A stretch of DNA of 64,000 nucleotides. It comes from Hyphomicrobiales bacterium. Its GTDB lineage: Bacteria > Pseudomonadota > Alphaproteobacteria > Rhizobiales > CBDCVD01. The notes below the pieces were generated by a model, which saw only the letters and a list, made by a program, of their open reading frames with translations, was not told the origin of the DNA and made no database searches. The translations under genes were made by a program, and so were the position numbers. Below, one piece after another: positions 26,090-36,081 of this stretch. The first letter of the stretch is position 1. The number at the start of each line of letters is the position of its first letter. The DNA is taken from assembly GCA_965222955.1 (NCBI GenBank), contig OZ244974.1, positions 1,344,226-1,408,225 of the forward strand. Reading direction: 5' to 3'.

Positions 26090-27064
26090 ATGCACCGCAT
26101 TGACAATTTGCAATATGCCAACTGGTCGGAGAAGATTTTTCGCCAGATGCGCCAGGGCAATGTGGATGCGGTGCACGTTACCATCGCCTATCATGAAACG
26201 TTTCGCGAGACAGTGCACAATATCGCGCGCTGGAACCGCTGGTTCGAAGAATTTCCCCAACTGATCTTTCACGCCAGAACCGGTGATGATGTGCGTCGTG
26301 CGAAAACGGAGGGCCGCACGGCAATCATATTCGGCTTTCAAAATCCCTCGCCGATGGAAGACGATATCGGCCTGCTCGAGATTCTTCATACCCTGGGTGG
26401 GCGCTTTATGCAGTTGAGCTATAACAACCAGTCGCTGCTTGCGAGCGGCTGCCATGAGGCCCGCGACAGCGGTATCACCCGTATGGGAAAACAGGTGATC
26501 CGGGAAATGAACCGCATCGGCCTGGTAATCGACATGAGTCACAGCGCCGAGCGCTCCACCCTCGAAGCCATTGAGCTCTCCACCCGGCCGATTGCCATCA
26601 CCCATGCCAATCCATTCTCCTGGCATCCGGCGATCAGAAACAAAAGTACCGATGTGCTGAGAGCCCTCGGGCAGTCCGGCGGAATGCTGGGCTTTTCTGT
26701 CTATCCCCACCATCTGAAGGGTGGCAGCCGATGCACCCTGGAGAGCTTTTGCGCGATGATCGCGAAGACGGCCCGATTGATAGGGGAGAGGAATATCGGC
26801 ATCGGTACCGATCTGTGCCAGGATCAACCCCATGAGGTCGTCGAGTGGATGCGTATGGGGCGCTGGACGAAGCAGATCGATTATGGCGAGGGCTCGGCTT
26901 CGGAGATGGGCTTTCCGCCGATGCCGTCCTGGTTTGCGGACAATCGTGACTTCGATAACATCGAGGGCGGTCTGCGTGCGGCAGGATTTTCCGACACCGA
27001 GACCGCCGGTATCATGGGGGAGAACTGGCTGCGTTTCTACGATGAAAACTTTACGCCTGTTTGA
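26090..27064 (+). CDS. Membrane (renal-type, M19) dipeptidase family protein
   Basis: 324 aa from ATG 26090. NWSEKIFRQMRQGNVDAVHVT, IFGFQNPSPMEDD, GLVIDMSHSAERS and IGIGTDLC are typical of peptidase M19. Confidence 0.75.
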   Translation: MHRIDNLQYANWSEKIFRQMRQGNVDAVHVTIAYHETFRETVHNIARWNRWFEEFPQLIFHARTGDDVRRAKTEGRTAIIFGFQNPSPMEDDIGLLEILHTLGGRFMQLSYNNQSLLASGCHEARDSGITRMGKQVIREMNRIGLVIDMSHSAERSTLEAIELSTRPIAITHANPFSWHPAIRNKSTDVLRALGQSGGMLGFSVYPHHLKGGSRCTLESFCAMIAKTARLIGERNIGIGTDLCQDQPHEVVEWMRMGRWTKQIDYGEGSASEMGFPPMPSWFADNRDFDNIEGGLRAAGFSDTETAGIMGENWLRFYDENFTPV

Positions 27065-27092
27065 ACCCCATGGGAGAAACCGAACACAGGGG

Positions 27093-28817
27093 ATGGGTTT
27101 GCGTAAAATGCCCGAAAACGGTCGATCTGAAGACAGGGTAAACGTCGCGCTGCGGGATCCGGATACGGTTATGCGCCTTTGCCGCATGGGCGCCTTTCAC
27201 CAGACGCGGCTGAGCTTCATGCGCGCCCTTTTGCGGCGAATGCGGCGGCAGAAATGGACATTCTCGCGCCCCGTCTGGCGCCTCGACAACCATGGCGTCG
27301 GTGTTGCCGTCTATACGGCGAAGGGCCCTGAACGCCGCTACAGCCTGATCTGTTTTTCCCACGATCTGGCACCTGAAAGACGCTCCGATCGTTCCATCGC
27401 AACCGCCTGGGACGCGACATTCACCCTCTTCGACGGGGTGCCGGACGAGGGCGATCTGCGGCGCCTTTGCCGACAGGTACCAAAGCAGGAGGCGGGACGG
27501 ATCAGCGATCGCGAACTCAGCCTTTCACGCGCCAACCGCTCGGCGCGCCTGTTCGCTCATGTCGTTGAGCGCCTTTCCCGGGGACAACAGCCCGATCGTG
27601 AAAAACTGGAGGCGGTCGGCTATCTGATGCGCACCACGGCCGTTTACGGCTCGGGCAAGTTCGGCGCCGCCTGCCGTGACAGGATTTATACCCGCCCCGA
27701 GGTCTGCCAGCCGTTCCAGGTGGAGATGTTGTCGGTCTATCTGACGCGGGCGTTTTCGGTGGATATCGCCGAGCACCTGGCCGCTGCCCGATCGCCGCAC
27801 ACGGCCGTTCGTTTTAAACCGGACCTGCGTCGCATCCTCGGTGTCGGCAACGCGACGGGTCTGGGCATGGCGCCATTTCTTGTTACCCATCCGGTGTTGA
27901 TCAACAACTGGATGATGGCGCGCGAGCGCGCACTGGCCCGGGTCCGCTCCCTTGGCGCCGCAGGCAGCGAGCAGATTGCCGTGTTTGAAAAGACCTTGAA
28001 ACACGCCACAAGAGATTGCGCCGCCTGGAGGACCGGCGATGAAAGACAGACAGAACGTATTGCCGGACTGGTGCGCGATTTGACTATGCTGCGCGGCTTT
28101 ATCGATACCGGAGTTCTCGGGCATAAACGGCCCTGGGACACGGTTTTTGAATGGGCTTGTGAAAACCTCACCCTGGAGGGGCAGGAAATGGTCGTTACCC
28201 TGATCATCGAACCCCACGGGGCGTTAGTGGATGATCTGGTCGATACGATGCAGGCCGATGAACGGGCCCGTTTTTCCATTGACGGGTCCATGCCCGTCGG
28301 CGCACTGTACGACATTGTGGTGCGCGTGTTTGGCTGGGCGCTGGATATTGATTTCGACGTGCCCGGGAACCAGGAGCGATTCTGGTACACGTCGCAAAAC
28401 AAGGCGGAACCGCGGCTTGGGCGGCGCTGCGAACTAAACGCGTTTGCCGATCTGGAAATGCCCGTATTTATCGCCAGGGACGTAAAGGCGCTGATGGCCG
28501 ATCTGGCGCAATGGCCGAAGACGCAAGCCATTGCGCGGTTTTTGCTGCGCCATCCCGAGCACCGTTACGTGGTAAGACGCGTTCAGATCGCCGCCCATTG
28601 TCCCTATAGCGAAATTCGCGAGAATCTGCTCTCGGCGGACATCCTCCCTCTCGATATGCTCCGCTGCAAACTTTCGTTCTTCGGCGCGACAAGGTTCGAT
28701 CCGAGGTCTGATCGGTGGACCCGCATAAACATGTATAAAAATGCCCCCTTCCCCGACGAACTGCAGGCGCTTGAGGAAGACAACTGGGTCTATGCCAGCC
28801 ACCTGGAAGCAACGTGA
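27093..28817 (+). CDS. Conserved-looking hypothetical protein (about 570 aa), no family recognised
   Basis: Long ORF reading like real protein throughout, 29 nt after the dipeptidase stop and overlapping the next gene by 4 nt. Start ambiguous (27093, 27108 or 27171). Confidence 0.6.
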   Translation: MGLRKMPENGRSEDRVNVALRDPDTVMRLCRMGAFHQTRLSFMRALLRRMRRQKWTFSRPVWRLDNHGVGVAVYTAKGPERRYSLICFSHDLAPERRSDRSIATAWDATFTLFDGVPDEGDLRRLCRQVPKQEAGRISDRELSLSRANRSARLFAHVVERLSRGQQPDREKLEAVGYLMRTTAVYGSGKFGAACRDRIYTRPEVCQPFQVEMLSVYLTRAFSVDIAEHLAAARSPHTAVRFKPDLRRILGVGNATGLGMAPFLVTHPVLINNWMMARERALARVRSLGAAGSEQIAVFEKTLKHATRDCAAWRTGDERQTERIAGLVRDLTMLRGFIDTGVLGHKRPWDTVFEWACENLTLEGQEMVVTLIIEPHGALVDDLVDTMQADERARFSIDGSMPVGALYDIVVRVFGWALDIDFDVPGNQERFWYTSQNKAEPRLGRRCELNAFADLEMPVFIARDVKALMADLAQWPKTQAIARFLLRHPEHRYVVRRVQIAAHCPYSEIRENLLSADILPLDMLRCKLSFFGATRFDPRSDRWTRINMYKNAPFPDELQALEEDNWVYASHLEAT

Positions 28818-29467
28818 AGAATCTCTCCGTCAGGGAAGCCGAAGCGCTTGTACTCCATGCGGCCCGTGGTGCCGGCTATCCGTGGGGTATGGCGCAGGAA
28901 GCCGGCTACGCCGCCGGCTGGCTTGTGCGCCGAAAGCTGTGCGATCCCGGTTGTATGGCCGAACTTTTGCAAGACAATTGCAACAGGTCCATTGGGGAAC
29001 TCGGTCCTCAAGACGGCACTGGCGTCTGGCAATCGGCCAATGGTGCTCTCTGCCCGATCGTAACCGGGGCGTATTTGTCGGACTGCGCGCGGCTGTTTGA
29101 GGCGCGCACGACGATCCACATCCGAAATCTGGCGTTTCCGGTGCTTATGCTACCCTTTGCCGCTGCCGTTTCAGCACGAACGGGCGCTGCGCTCAAAGTG
29201 GCCTGGGATGCGCTCGAAACGGTGGTCTCAGCCGGTGACGTCAAGGTATCTGGCGGGTGTGAACGGCTGTATGTCAGGCTTGCCGATCCCGTGAGAATCG
29301 CCTCCACCGATGCTGTGGTGAACGGAAAAAGGACAGTTCACCGCCGCCTGGAACTGTCCGACGCGTTTGCCGAGCGGCTGGGCGCGTTGGCGTACAGAAT
29401 TCATGTCCCTGAAACCGAACAACTGATGAGTGCGGGCGCGGGCGGTGAGCGGATCGACGACGAGTAG
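28814..29467 (+). CDS. Hypothetical protein, N-terminus resembles DUF3726
   Basis: GTG start overlaps the upstream stop (GTGA). LSVREAEALVLHAARGAGYPWGMAQEAGYAAGWLVRR matches my recollection of DUF3726 N-termini. Confidence 0.5.
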   Translation: MKNLSVREAEALVLHAARGAGYPWGMAQEAGYAAGWLVRRKLCDPGCMAELLQDNCNRSIGELGPQDGTGVWQSANGALCPIVTGAYLSDCARLFEARTTIHIRNLAFPVLMLPFAAAVSARTGAALKVAWDALETVVSAGDVKVSGGCERLYVRLADPVRIASTDAVVNGKRTVHRRLELSDAFAERLGALAYRIHVPETEQLMSAGAGGERIDDE

Positions 29468-29478
29468 TATTGCGGGGA

Positions 29479-29807
29479 CTAGAGCGTATCAGGTCTTAAC
29501 AGAATTGCTTCTATTAGAGCGTGTCAGGTCTTAATAGAATCAATTCTGTTTCCCGATTGGCGAGGCGGACCACGCCCAAGGCGATCGAAGAGCGATGTTT
29601 ATCCATCTCTCGAGAGCGGCTTGGGCGTGGACGTCCGCCAATCGGAAACCCGAAGGGACGGGCGCTTTTGCACCAATATGGGCCTTAAGTCTCTTGCAAA
29701 TAGCCCCACTATATCCTGCGAGACTTAAGGCCCATCTTGTCGCAAAATCGCTCCGTCAGAATGGTTCTATTAAAACCTGACACGCTCTAAGACCTGACAC
29801 GCTCTAT
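29479..29807 (+). mobile_element. Family A full copy (29515..29789) nested inside a family A solo TIR pair
   Basis: The outer right TIR ttctatta|agacctgacacgctcta is split. The inner copy gagcgtgtcagg...cctgacacgctc is flanked by ta on both sides. Confidence 0.85.
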
Positions 29808-29884
29808 CTGACCATTGCTTTTTTCCGGCGGCTCTCGCGGTGTGTCAAGGGTTTAAGAACCGCTGGAAGCGGCGCGAAGCGCCC
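29806..29884. repeat. Family F, left-half fragment
   Basis: atctgaccattgcttttttccgg...gtcaagggtttaagaaccgctggaagcggcgcgaagcgccc. Confidence 0.6.
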
Positions 29885-29897
29885 AAATAAGGAAATT

Positions 29898-30104
29898 ATA
29901 CCAGGGGGCTTTGCGTTTGACTCCTGGCTCAGATTAAAACCGCTGTCTTCTCAGCACGATACACAAGTCAGCGTGTACAAAACGCCAATACCGCTGGTAT
30001 TATACCAAGGGGCTTCGCGTTTGACTCCTGACCCGGTTTGAAACCGTTGTCTTATCAGCACGATACACAAGTCAGCGTGTACAAAACGCCAATACCGCTG
30101 GTAT
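29898..30104 (-). mobile_element. Two tandem full-length family C copies sharing TTA
   Basis: tta[taccaggggg...ccgctggta]tta[taccaagggg...ccgctggta]tta. Confidence 0.85.
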
Positions 30105-30249
30105 TACACGCAAGCGGAGCGCCAGGACGCGGGCGTTATCAGCCCAACGCGAAGCCGGATACACGATCGCACGCAGCCTTGCATCAAATTGGCGCTTGCC
30201 ATGGAAAGAAGGTCCATATACTTGACAGCGCATGATAAATAGAACACTT

Positions 30250-30604
30250 CTAGAGCGTGTCAGGTCTTAATAGAAGCAATTTTCGTTTCTCGATTGGCGA
30301 GGCGAACCACGCCCAAGGCGATCGAAGAGTGATGGCGACCCATCTCTCGAGAGCGGCTTGGGCGTGGGCGTCCGCCAATCGGCAAACCCGAAGGGACGGG
30401 CGCTTTTGCTATAGATTTCAGGGCGATCAGCTTTATGGCGTTAGCATTACCCCTGGCAAAACGGGTACAGCTAACGCCAAGCTGATCTGGTATGAACCTT
30501 AAGTCTCTTGCAAACAGCCCCACTATATCCTGCGAGACTTAAGGTTCATCTTGTCGCAAAATCGCTCCGTCAGAATGATTCTATTAAGACCTGACACGCT
30601 CTAA
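30250..30604 (+). mobile_element. MITE family A, long form (355 bp, with G)
   Basis: ctagagcgtgtcaggtcttaatagaagc ... gattctattaagacctgacacgctctaa. Confidence 0.85.
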
Positions 30605-30666
30605 TGATCAGATGAATGACCACCTGTATCCGACGGGTTTGTAAGAACACCCTGTTAAATGAACAC
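30603..30666. repeat. Fragment: F right tip plus B right half
   Basis: taatgatcagatgaatgaccacctgtatccgacgggtttgtaagaacaccctgttaaatgaaca. Confidence 0.55.
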
Positions 30667-30706
30667 ATCCAGGGCGCAGGACTGCCCGGAAATGGGATCG
30701 ACGGCA

Positions 30707-31126
30707 ATGAAAAAATGGTTGTTGCAGATTTTCACCTGGTGGCATGGCCAGACCCTCGGCACGCGCTTTTTGATCTGGCGGCGCGGACGCGCCGTGGGCG
30801 AGGACGCCATGGGCAATCGTTACTACGAGTCCCGCGATAAAACCCGCCGCTGGGTGATCTATGCGCACCAGTGCGAGGCATCGGCGATACCGCCCGGCTG
30901 GCATGGCTGGATGCACCATCGCAGGGACACGCCGCCGGTGGATGAACATGGCAACGACACGTATACCGCCAGGCCCTGGGAAGAGCATCATCAAAGCAAT
31001 CCCACAGGCAGCGCTACGGCGTATCGACCCGCCGGCAGTCTGGCGCGCGGTGGGCTACGGGATCCCCAACAGCGCAACTATGAGCCCTGGTCCCCGATAG
31101 CGCCGGATGAATCGAATATCTCTTAA
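30707..31126 (+). CDS. NADH:ubiquinone oxidoreductase subunit NDUFA12-like protein
   Basis: MKKWLLQIFTWWHGQTLGTRFLIWRRGRAVGEDAMGNRYYESR...PPGWHGWMHHRRDTPP. Start trimmed to ATG 30707. Confidence 0.85.
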   Translation: MKKWLLQIFTWWHGQTLGTRFLIWRRGRAVGEDAMGNRYYESRDKTRRWVIYAHQCEASAIPPGWHGWMHHRRDTPPVDEHGNDTYTARPWEEHHQSNPTGSATAYRPAGSLARGGLRDPQQRNYEPWSPIAPDESNIS

Positions 31127-31179
31127 TTTTATCAGGAAAATCAGACCGAGGCGAAGCCGAGGGACTTTTCACATTCAAC
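31119..31179 (-). repeat. Family D/E element, D-end copy, containing the NDUFA12-like stop codon
   Basis: tctcttaattttatcaggaaaatcagaccgaggcgaagccgagggacttttcacattcaac. TAA at 31124-31126. Confidence 0.7.
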
Positions 31180-31195
31180 AAATCGCAGATATATC

Positions 31196-31765
31196 ATGCG
31201 CCTTGCGAACAATAAAAAGAAACCGCTTTCGCTAACCGCCAAAGCCTGTTGGTGGAAAACACAGGCATTGGCTGTGGTGTTTTTACTTGGTGTGTCCGGG
31301 CTGTCAGAAGCGCTCTCGGCGCGCGCCATGCGGTTCGAAGCGCCGCCGCTGGATGAAGCAGCTTCCCACCGGCTGCGCCCTGTTGCCGGCTCGGACGCCG
31401 ACGGTGATGCCGTTCTGCCGCGCGCAGGCGAGAAGATCGCCAATCCGGTGGCGGTCTTTTCCGGTCTCGATAAAATAACCGGGCGCATATTCGCCTTCGA
31501 CGTCATGATCGATGAGACGGTGCAATTCGGCGCCTTGCGGGTTACGCCGCGGGTCTGTTATACGCGGCCGGTACACCTGCCGCGCCACACGACAGGCTTT
31601 GTTGAGGTGGAGGAACGCACCCTTGATGACAAGATCAAGCGGTTGTTTTCCGGCTGGATGTTTGCCGAGAGTCCGGGGCTGAACGCCGTTGAACATCCGA
31701 TCTATGACGTCTGGCTTAAGGACTGCAAGGCATCCGCCGGGCTGCTGCCGAGCCGCGCTGAATGA
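31196..31765 (+). CDS. DUF2155 domain protein
   Basis: 189 aa with signal peptide. [40 protein letters not shown] is typical of DUF2155. Follows NDUFA12, a gene order I recall as common in Alphaproteobacteria. Confidence 0.75.
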   Translation: MRLANNKKKPLSLTAKACWWKTQALAVVFLLGVSGLSEALSARAMRFEAPPLDEAASHRLRPVAGSDADGDAVLPRAGEKIANPVAVFSGLDKITGRIFAFDVMIDETVQFGALRVTPRVCYTRPVHLPRHTTGFVEVEERTLDDKIKRLFSGWMFAESPGLNAVEHPIYDVWLKDCKASAGLLPSRAE

Positions 31766-32373
31766 AAGTCGGCCTCGATATCCAGCGCCGCCTCCAGCAT
31801 AAGCCTGTAGCGGTGCCGCGAGACTTCAAAAACGCCGAACTGCGCCAAATGATCGGTCATGAACTGCGTATCCAAAAGCGTAAAGCCGCCAGCGCGCAGC
31901 CGCGCGATGAGATGTGCAAGGGCGATTTTTGACGCATCAGGCGCCAGATGAAACATGCTCTCGCCAAAAAAACAGCCTCCCAGCGCCAGGCCGTAAAGAC
32001 CGCCAACCAGCCGGGTCCCGCGGCGTACTTCCACCGTATGACAGTAGCCGCGGTCGAACAGGCTGCGATACAGGCTGCGAATGGGCGTATTGATCCAGGT
32101 ATCGGTGCGCCCGGCGCGCGGGCCGGCGCAATTTTCAATCACCGCATCGAAATCGTCATCAACCGCGATGGTAAAGCGCGAAGTGCGCAGGGTGCGGGCC
32201 AGGCGTCGGGGCAGGTGGAACCGCTCAAGGGGCAGAACCCCGCGGTTCTCCGGCTCGACCCAGAAAATATCCGCATCACTGGCGCTTCGCGCCATGGGGA
32301 AAATACCGCACGCATACGCTTTGAGCAAAACGTCCGGGGTAATGTGCAGGTTCTGATTGTCCTGGCGCGTCAT
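31702..32373 (-). CDS. aat: Leucyl/phenylalanyl-tRNA--protein transferase
   Basis: 223 aa. [57 protein letters not shown]. Confidence 0.9.
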   Translation of the reverse strand: MTRQDNQNLHITPDVLLKAYACGIFPMARSASDADIFWVEPENRGVLPLERFHLPRRLARTLRTSRFTIAVDDDFDAVIENCAGPRAGRTDTWINTPIRSLYRSLFDRGYCHTVEVRRGTRLVGGLYGLALGGCFFGESMFHLAPDASKIALAHLIARLRAGGFTLLDTQFMTDHLAQFGVFEVSRHRYRLMLEAALDIEADFHSARLGSSPADALQSLSQTS

Positions 32374-32393
32374 GGGACTTTTTCACATTCAAC
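32374..32393 (-). repeat. Family D/E, 20-nt D-end remnant abutting the aat start codon
   Basis: gggactttttcacattcaac begins immediately after the aat ATG (complement of 32371-32373). Confidence 0.6.
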
Positions 32394-32395
32394 TA

Positions 32396-32499
32396 ATACC
32401 AGCGGTATTGGCGTTTTGTACACGCTGACTTGTGTGTCGTACTGACAAGACAACGGTTGTAAACCGGGTCAGGAGTCAAACGCGAAGTCCCTTGGTATA
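32396..32499 (+). mobile_element. MITE family C copy with TAA duplication
   Basis: taa[taccagcggtattggcg...gtcccttggta]taa. Confidence 0.85.
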
Positions 32500-32518
32500 A
32501 CGCACTTTTACGGGCTTT

Positions 32519-33862
32519 TCACGACCGGCCCTGCAGGTATTCCTCCAGCCAGTGAATATCATACATGCCATTAGCGATGTCCGGCTCGTTCAGTAACGCC
32601 TGAAATAACGGGATCGTCGTCTCAATACCATCGATGACATATTCGCTCAGCGCGCGGCGAAGACGCATAAGACACTCAACGCGATTGCGCCCGTGAACAA
32701 TCAGTTTGCCGATCAGGCTATCGTAATAGGGAGGAATTTTATACCCCTGGTAAACGGCTGAATCAACACGAACACCAAGACCGCCAGGGGCATAATAATA
32801 GCCGATCGTACCGGCGGAAGGTGCAAAGGTTTGCGGATTTTCAGCGTTGATCCGGCACTCGATGGCGTGCCCGGAAAGGATCACGTCGTCCTGCTTCAGG
32901 CTCAGGGGGCTGCCGCAGGCAACACGGATTTGCTCGTTCACAAGATCAATACCGGTGATCTGCTCGGTAATCGGATGTTCGACCTGCAAACGCGTATTCA
33001 TCTCGATAAAGTAAAAGGCGCCGTTCTCGTACAGAAACTCGATCGTTCCCGCCCCCCCATAGGACATGTCCGCCATGGCATCGGCGACAATGCCGCCGAT
33101 ATGTGCCCGTACGCTCGAGTTGAGGGCCGGAGAGGGGGCCTCTTCCCAGATCTTCTGGTGCCGCCGTTGCAGGGAGCAATCGCGGTCCCCCAGGTGAATG
33201 GCGCGACCGGCGCCATCACCAAGCACCTGGATCTCAATGTGTCGCGGCTGATCAAGAAACTTTTCCACATAAAGCGCTCCGTCGCCAAAGGCGGCCTGCG
33301 CCTCAAGCCCGGCGGTGCGGAACGCCTCGGCAACGTCCTCCTCGCTGCGGGCGACTTTCATACCCCGGCCACCACCGCCTGCCGCCGCCTTGATCAGGAT
33401 CGGATAACCGATAGCAGCACCGATACGCCGCGCTTGCGCCGCCGTCTCGACAGCCCCCTCGGAGCCGGGAACCACAGGAATACCCAGCGCCGCCACCGTT
33501 TCCTTGGCGCGTATTTTATCGCCCATCAGACGGATATGCGCCGCCCGCGGGCCGATAAACGTCACCCCGTGTTCGGTCAGAATATCGGCAAAGCGCGCGT
33601 TCTCGGCAAGAAATCCGTAGCCCGGATGCACCGCATCCGCGCCGGTGATCTCGCAGGCCGCCAGCAGGGAGGGGATATTCAAATAACTCTGCGCCGCCGG
33701 CGCCGGACCAATACAGACGCTCTCATCGGCGAGGCGCACATGCATGGCGTTCTCGTCCGCCGTCGAATGCACCGCAACTGTCGCAATGCCCAGTTCCTTG
33801 CAGGCGCGCAGGATACGTAAAGCGATTTCCCCGCGATTGGCTATAAGGACTTTGGAGAACAT
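32519..33862 (-). CDS. accC: Acetyl-CoA carboxylase, biotin carboxylase subunit
   Basis: MFSKVLIANRGEIALRILRACKELGI..., ATP-grasp. Start set to ATG 33862; the ORF track begins at an upstream TTG (33892). Confidence 0.95.
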   Translation of the reverse strand: MFSKVLIANRGEIALRILRACKELGIATVAVHSTADENAMHVRLADESVCIGPAPAAQSYLNIPSLLAACEITGADAVHPGYGFLAENARFADILTEHGVTFIGPRAAHIRLMGDKIRAKETVAALGIPVVPGSEGAVETAAQARRIGAAIGYPILIKAAAGGGGRGMKVARSEEDVAEAFRTAGLEAQAAFGDGALYVEKFLDQPRHIEIQVLGDGAGRAIHLGDRDCSLQRRHQKIWEEAPSPALNSSVRAHIGGIVADAMADMSYGGAGTIEFLYENGAFYFIEMNTRLQVEHPITEQITGIDLVNEQIRVACGSPLSLKQDDVILSGHAIECRINAENPQTFAPSAGTIGYYYAPGGLGVRVDSAVYQGYKIPPYYDSLIGKLIVHGRNRVECLMRLRRALSEYVIDGIETTIPLFQALLNEPDIANGMYDIHWLEEYLQGRS

Positions 33863-33909
33863 GGACCCGGACCCTGAAGGGTAAGACGACAACGGCGCAT
33901 CGGCCGGTG

Positions 33910-34368
33910 TTATTCGATAACGACGAGCGGTTCGTCAAATTCAACAGGCTGTCCGTCATCGACAAGAATAGCCATAACCTTGCCGGCGCGCGGGGCGGGG
34001 ATGGCGTTAAAGGTCTTCATGGCCTCGACAACCAACAGCGTATCATCCTTCTCCACCGTTTGACCGACTTCGATAAAGGGCGGTGCGCCGGGCTCCGGAC
34101 TGTGATAGATGGTGCCCACCATGGGCGAACGCACCGCGCCGGGATGCTCCGTACCACTGTCCGCCCTGGCCGCCGGCGTGGCGCTCTCAATGGCGGGCGC
34201 GGGCGCCATGGGTGCCGAGAGCACGGCGCCATCAAGGGGGGGGGTACGCGCCACACGGATGCGCAGGCCCTCGCGCTCGAACTCCAGTTCATGCAGGTGC
34301 TTTTCATCAAGCAAATCCGCCAGCGCCCGGATTGTTGCCTTATCGCTTGTGGAAATGTTCTTGCCCAT
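33910..34368 (-). CDS. accB: Acetyl-CoA carboxylase biotin carboxyl carrier protein
   Basis: 152 aa with the biotinylation motif [11 protein letters not shown]. Immediately upstream of accC. Confidence 0.95.
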   Translation of the reverse strand: MGKNISTSDKATIRALADLLDEKHLHELEFEREGLRIRVARTPPLDGAVLSAPMAPAPAIESATPAARADSGTEHPGAVRSPMVGTIYHSPEPGAPPFIEVGQTVEKDDTLLVVEAMKTFNAIPAPRAGKVMAILVDDGQPVEFDEPLVVIE

Positions 34369-34390
34369 ATTTGCCGTTTATCCGCCTGGT

Positions 34391-34535
34391 TGTAATTTCT
34401 CAGCAGGTTGTTCCCGGGGCAGGCAAATCTGACGTTACCCCTCTTGCGGTCCTTGCCGCGGATGGCGAGCCGCAAGGCCATACCGGGCCATTCACCTGAT
34501 GGGTTTTGCAGGGACAAGCTGTTGAAATTACACTG
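34391..34535 (+). repeat. Family B copy (retains an F-tip ccattca)
   Basis: tgtaatttctcagcaggttgttcccggggcagg ... gcagggacaagctgttgaaattacactg. 22 nt upstream of the accB start. Confidence 0.75.
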
Positions 34536-34591
34536 CTAGAGCCTTTCAGTTTTTAAGTGAAGCAATTCTGTTGAGACCTGACACGCTCCAG
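34536..34591. mobile_element. Family A solo TIR pair, left TIR degenerate
   Basis: ctagagcctttcagtttttaagtgaagcaattctgttgagacctgacacgctccag. Confidence 0.6.
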
Positions 34592-34596
34592 CCACG

Positions 34597-35352
34597 CTAA
34601 CACGCCGTCTTGCCGCACTGGCGCATGGCCTTGATTTTTTCTTCGATGACCCCGACATCGACAAGCCCCGGAATGACTTCATCGCCGATGACGTAACTCG
34701 GTGTGCCGTTGATGCCAAGAGAATTGGCGAGCGCGTAAACCTCGCGAAAGACGGTGTTGCTCTGCTCCACATCGATAGCGTCTTCGATGGCCCCGGGGTC
34801 CAGGCCGATCTGTTGGGCCGCCGCCAGAGCGGATTGCCTGTCGGCGCGCGCGTCATTGCCGAGCAGGGCGCGGTGAAATGCCCAGTATTTCGCGTTCTGT
34901 GCAATCGCCACCGATATCCGCGCCGCCTCAATGGATTCCGGACCCAGAATGGGAAATTCCTTTAAGACGATACGCAGGTTCGGATCCGATTGCAACAACG
35001 ACGCCGTGACCCCCAGTGCCTGTCGGCAAACGCCGCAATTATAGTCGAAAAACTCGACCAGCGTAACATCCCCATCAGGGTTGCCGATTACCGCCTGGTG
35101 CTCGGAGTTGAAAATCAGTTCCCTGTTGTCGCGCAGTGACGCGGACTGCCGGGCAAGCCTCTCTGTCTCCTCGATTTCGGCCAGGCGCTGTTGCATTCTT
35201 GACAGAATCTGCGGGTTCTCAACGAGGTATTTCTCTATTATGGCTTCGAGTTCCTCAACCTGTTCGGGTGAGAACTTCTCCGAGGCGCCGTAGGCGGGCG
35301 CCATGATAAACAGGCCGGCGCCAAATATCACAGCGGCGAACAGTCTCGTCAT
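34597..35352 (-). CDS. DsbA-family thiol:disulfide oxidoreductase (periplasmic)
   Basis: Signal peptide and a thioredoxin fold with the CxxC motif FFDYNCGVCRQ. Confidence 0.85.
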   Translation of the reverse strand: MTRLFAAVIFGAGLFIMAPAYGASEKFSPEQVEELEAIIEKYLVENPQILSRMQQRLAEIEETERLARQSASLRDNRELIFNSEHQAVIGNPDGDVTLVEFFDYNCGVCRQALGVTASLLQSDPNLRIVLKEFPILGPESIEAARISVAIAQNAKYWAFHRALLGNDARADRQSALAAAQQIGLDPGAIEDAIDVEQSNTVFREVYALANSLGINGTPSYVIGDEVIPGLVDVGVIEEKIKAMRQCGKTAC

Positions 35353-35364
35353 TGTAAATCTCCG

Positions 35365-35825
35365 TTAGAGCGTGTCAGGTCTTATACCAGCGGTATTGGC
35401 GCTTTGTACACGCTGATTTGTGTATAGTGTTGATAAGACAACGGTTTTAAGCCAAGTCAGGAGTCAAGCGCAAAGTCCCTTGGTATTAATAGAAGCAATT
35501 TTCGTTTCCCGATTGGCGAGGCGATACCCAGGTTCAAGACGGTCGAAGAGCAATGGCGAACCACCTCTCGAGAGCGGCCTGGGCGTGGGCGTCCGCCAAT
35601 CGGCAAACCCGAAGGGACGGACGCTTTTGCTATGGATTTCAGGGCGATCAGCTTTATGGCGTTAGCATTACCCTTGGCAAAACGGGTACAGCTAACGCCA
35701 GGCTGATTCAAGATGAACCTTAAGTCTCTTGCAAACAGCCCCACGATATCCTGCGAGACTTAAAGTTCATCTTGTCGCAAAATCGCTCCGTCAGAATGAT
35801 TCACTTAAGACCTGACACGCTCCAG
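35365..35825 (+). mobile_element. MITE family A long form with a family C copy (35385..35485) nested in its left TIR
   Basis: ttagagcgtgtcaggtcTTA[taccagcgg...cccttggta]TTAatagaagcaattttcg ... tcacttaagacctgacacgctccag. Confidence 0.85.
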
Positions 35826-35950
35826 GTGTAATCTTTCAACAGGGTGTTCCCGGGACGGGCAAATCTGACGTTACCCCTCTTGCGGTCCTTGCCGCAGATG
35901 GCGAGCAGCAAGGCCCCCTGCACCCGATGGGATTTTTGAGAGCAGCCTGT
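35826..35950 (+). repeat. Family B copy, right arm truncated
   Basis: gtgtaatctttcaacagggtgttcccgggacggg...cacccgatgggatttttgagagcagcctgtt. Confidence 0.75.
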
Positions 35951-35970
35951 TAAGACCCGACACGCTCCAG
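35951..35970. mobile_element. Lone family A TIR remnant
   Basis: aagacccgacacgctccag. Confidence 0.55.
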
Positions 35971-36080
35971 GGGCCAGGCGATACGTTCGATTCTCAACTC
36001 CGGACCGGTACCTGTGGTGCTCCGATTTCAACATTTGCATACAGGGGACGGTTAGCGGACGCAAATGCTGAAATCCGGCT
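35971..36080. repeat. Family J-like degenerate palindrome
   Basis: cgttcgattctcaac...gatttcaacatttgcatac...gcaaatgctgaaatccgg. Confidence 0.4.
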
Positions 36081-36081
36081 G

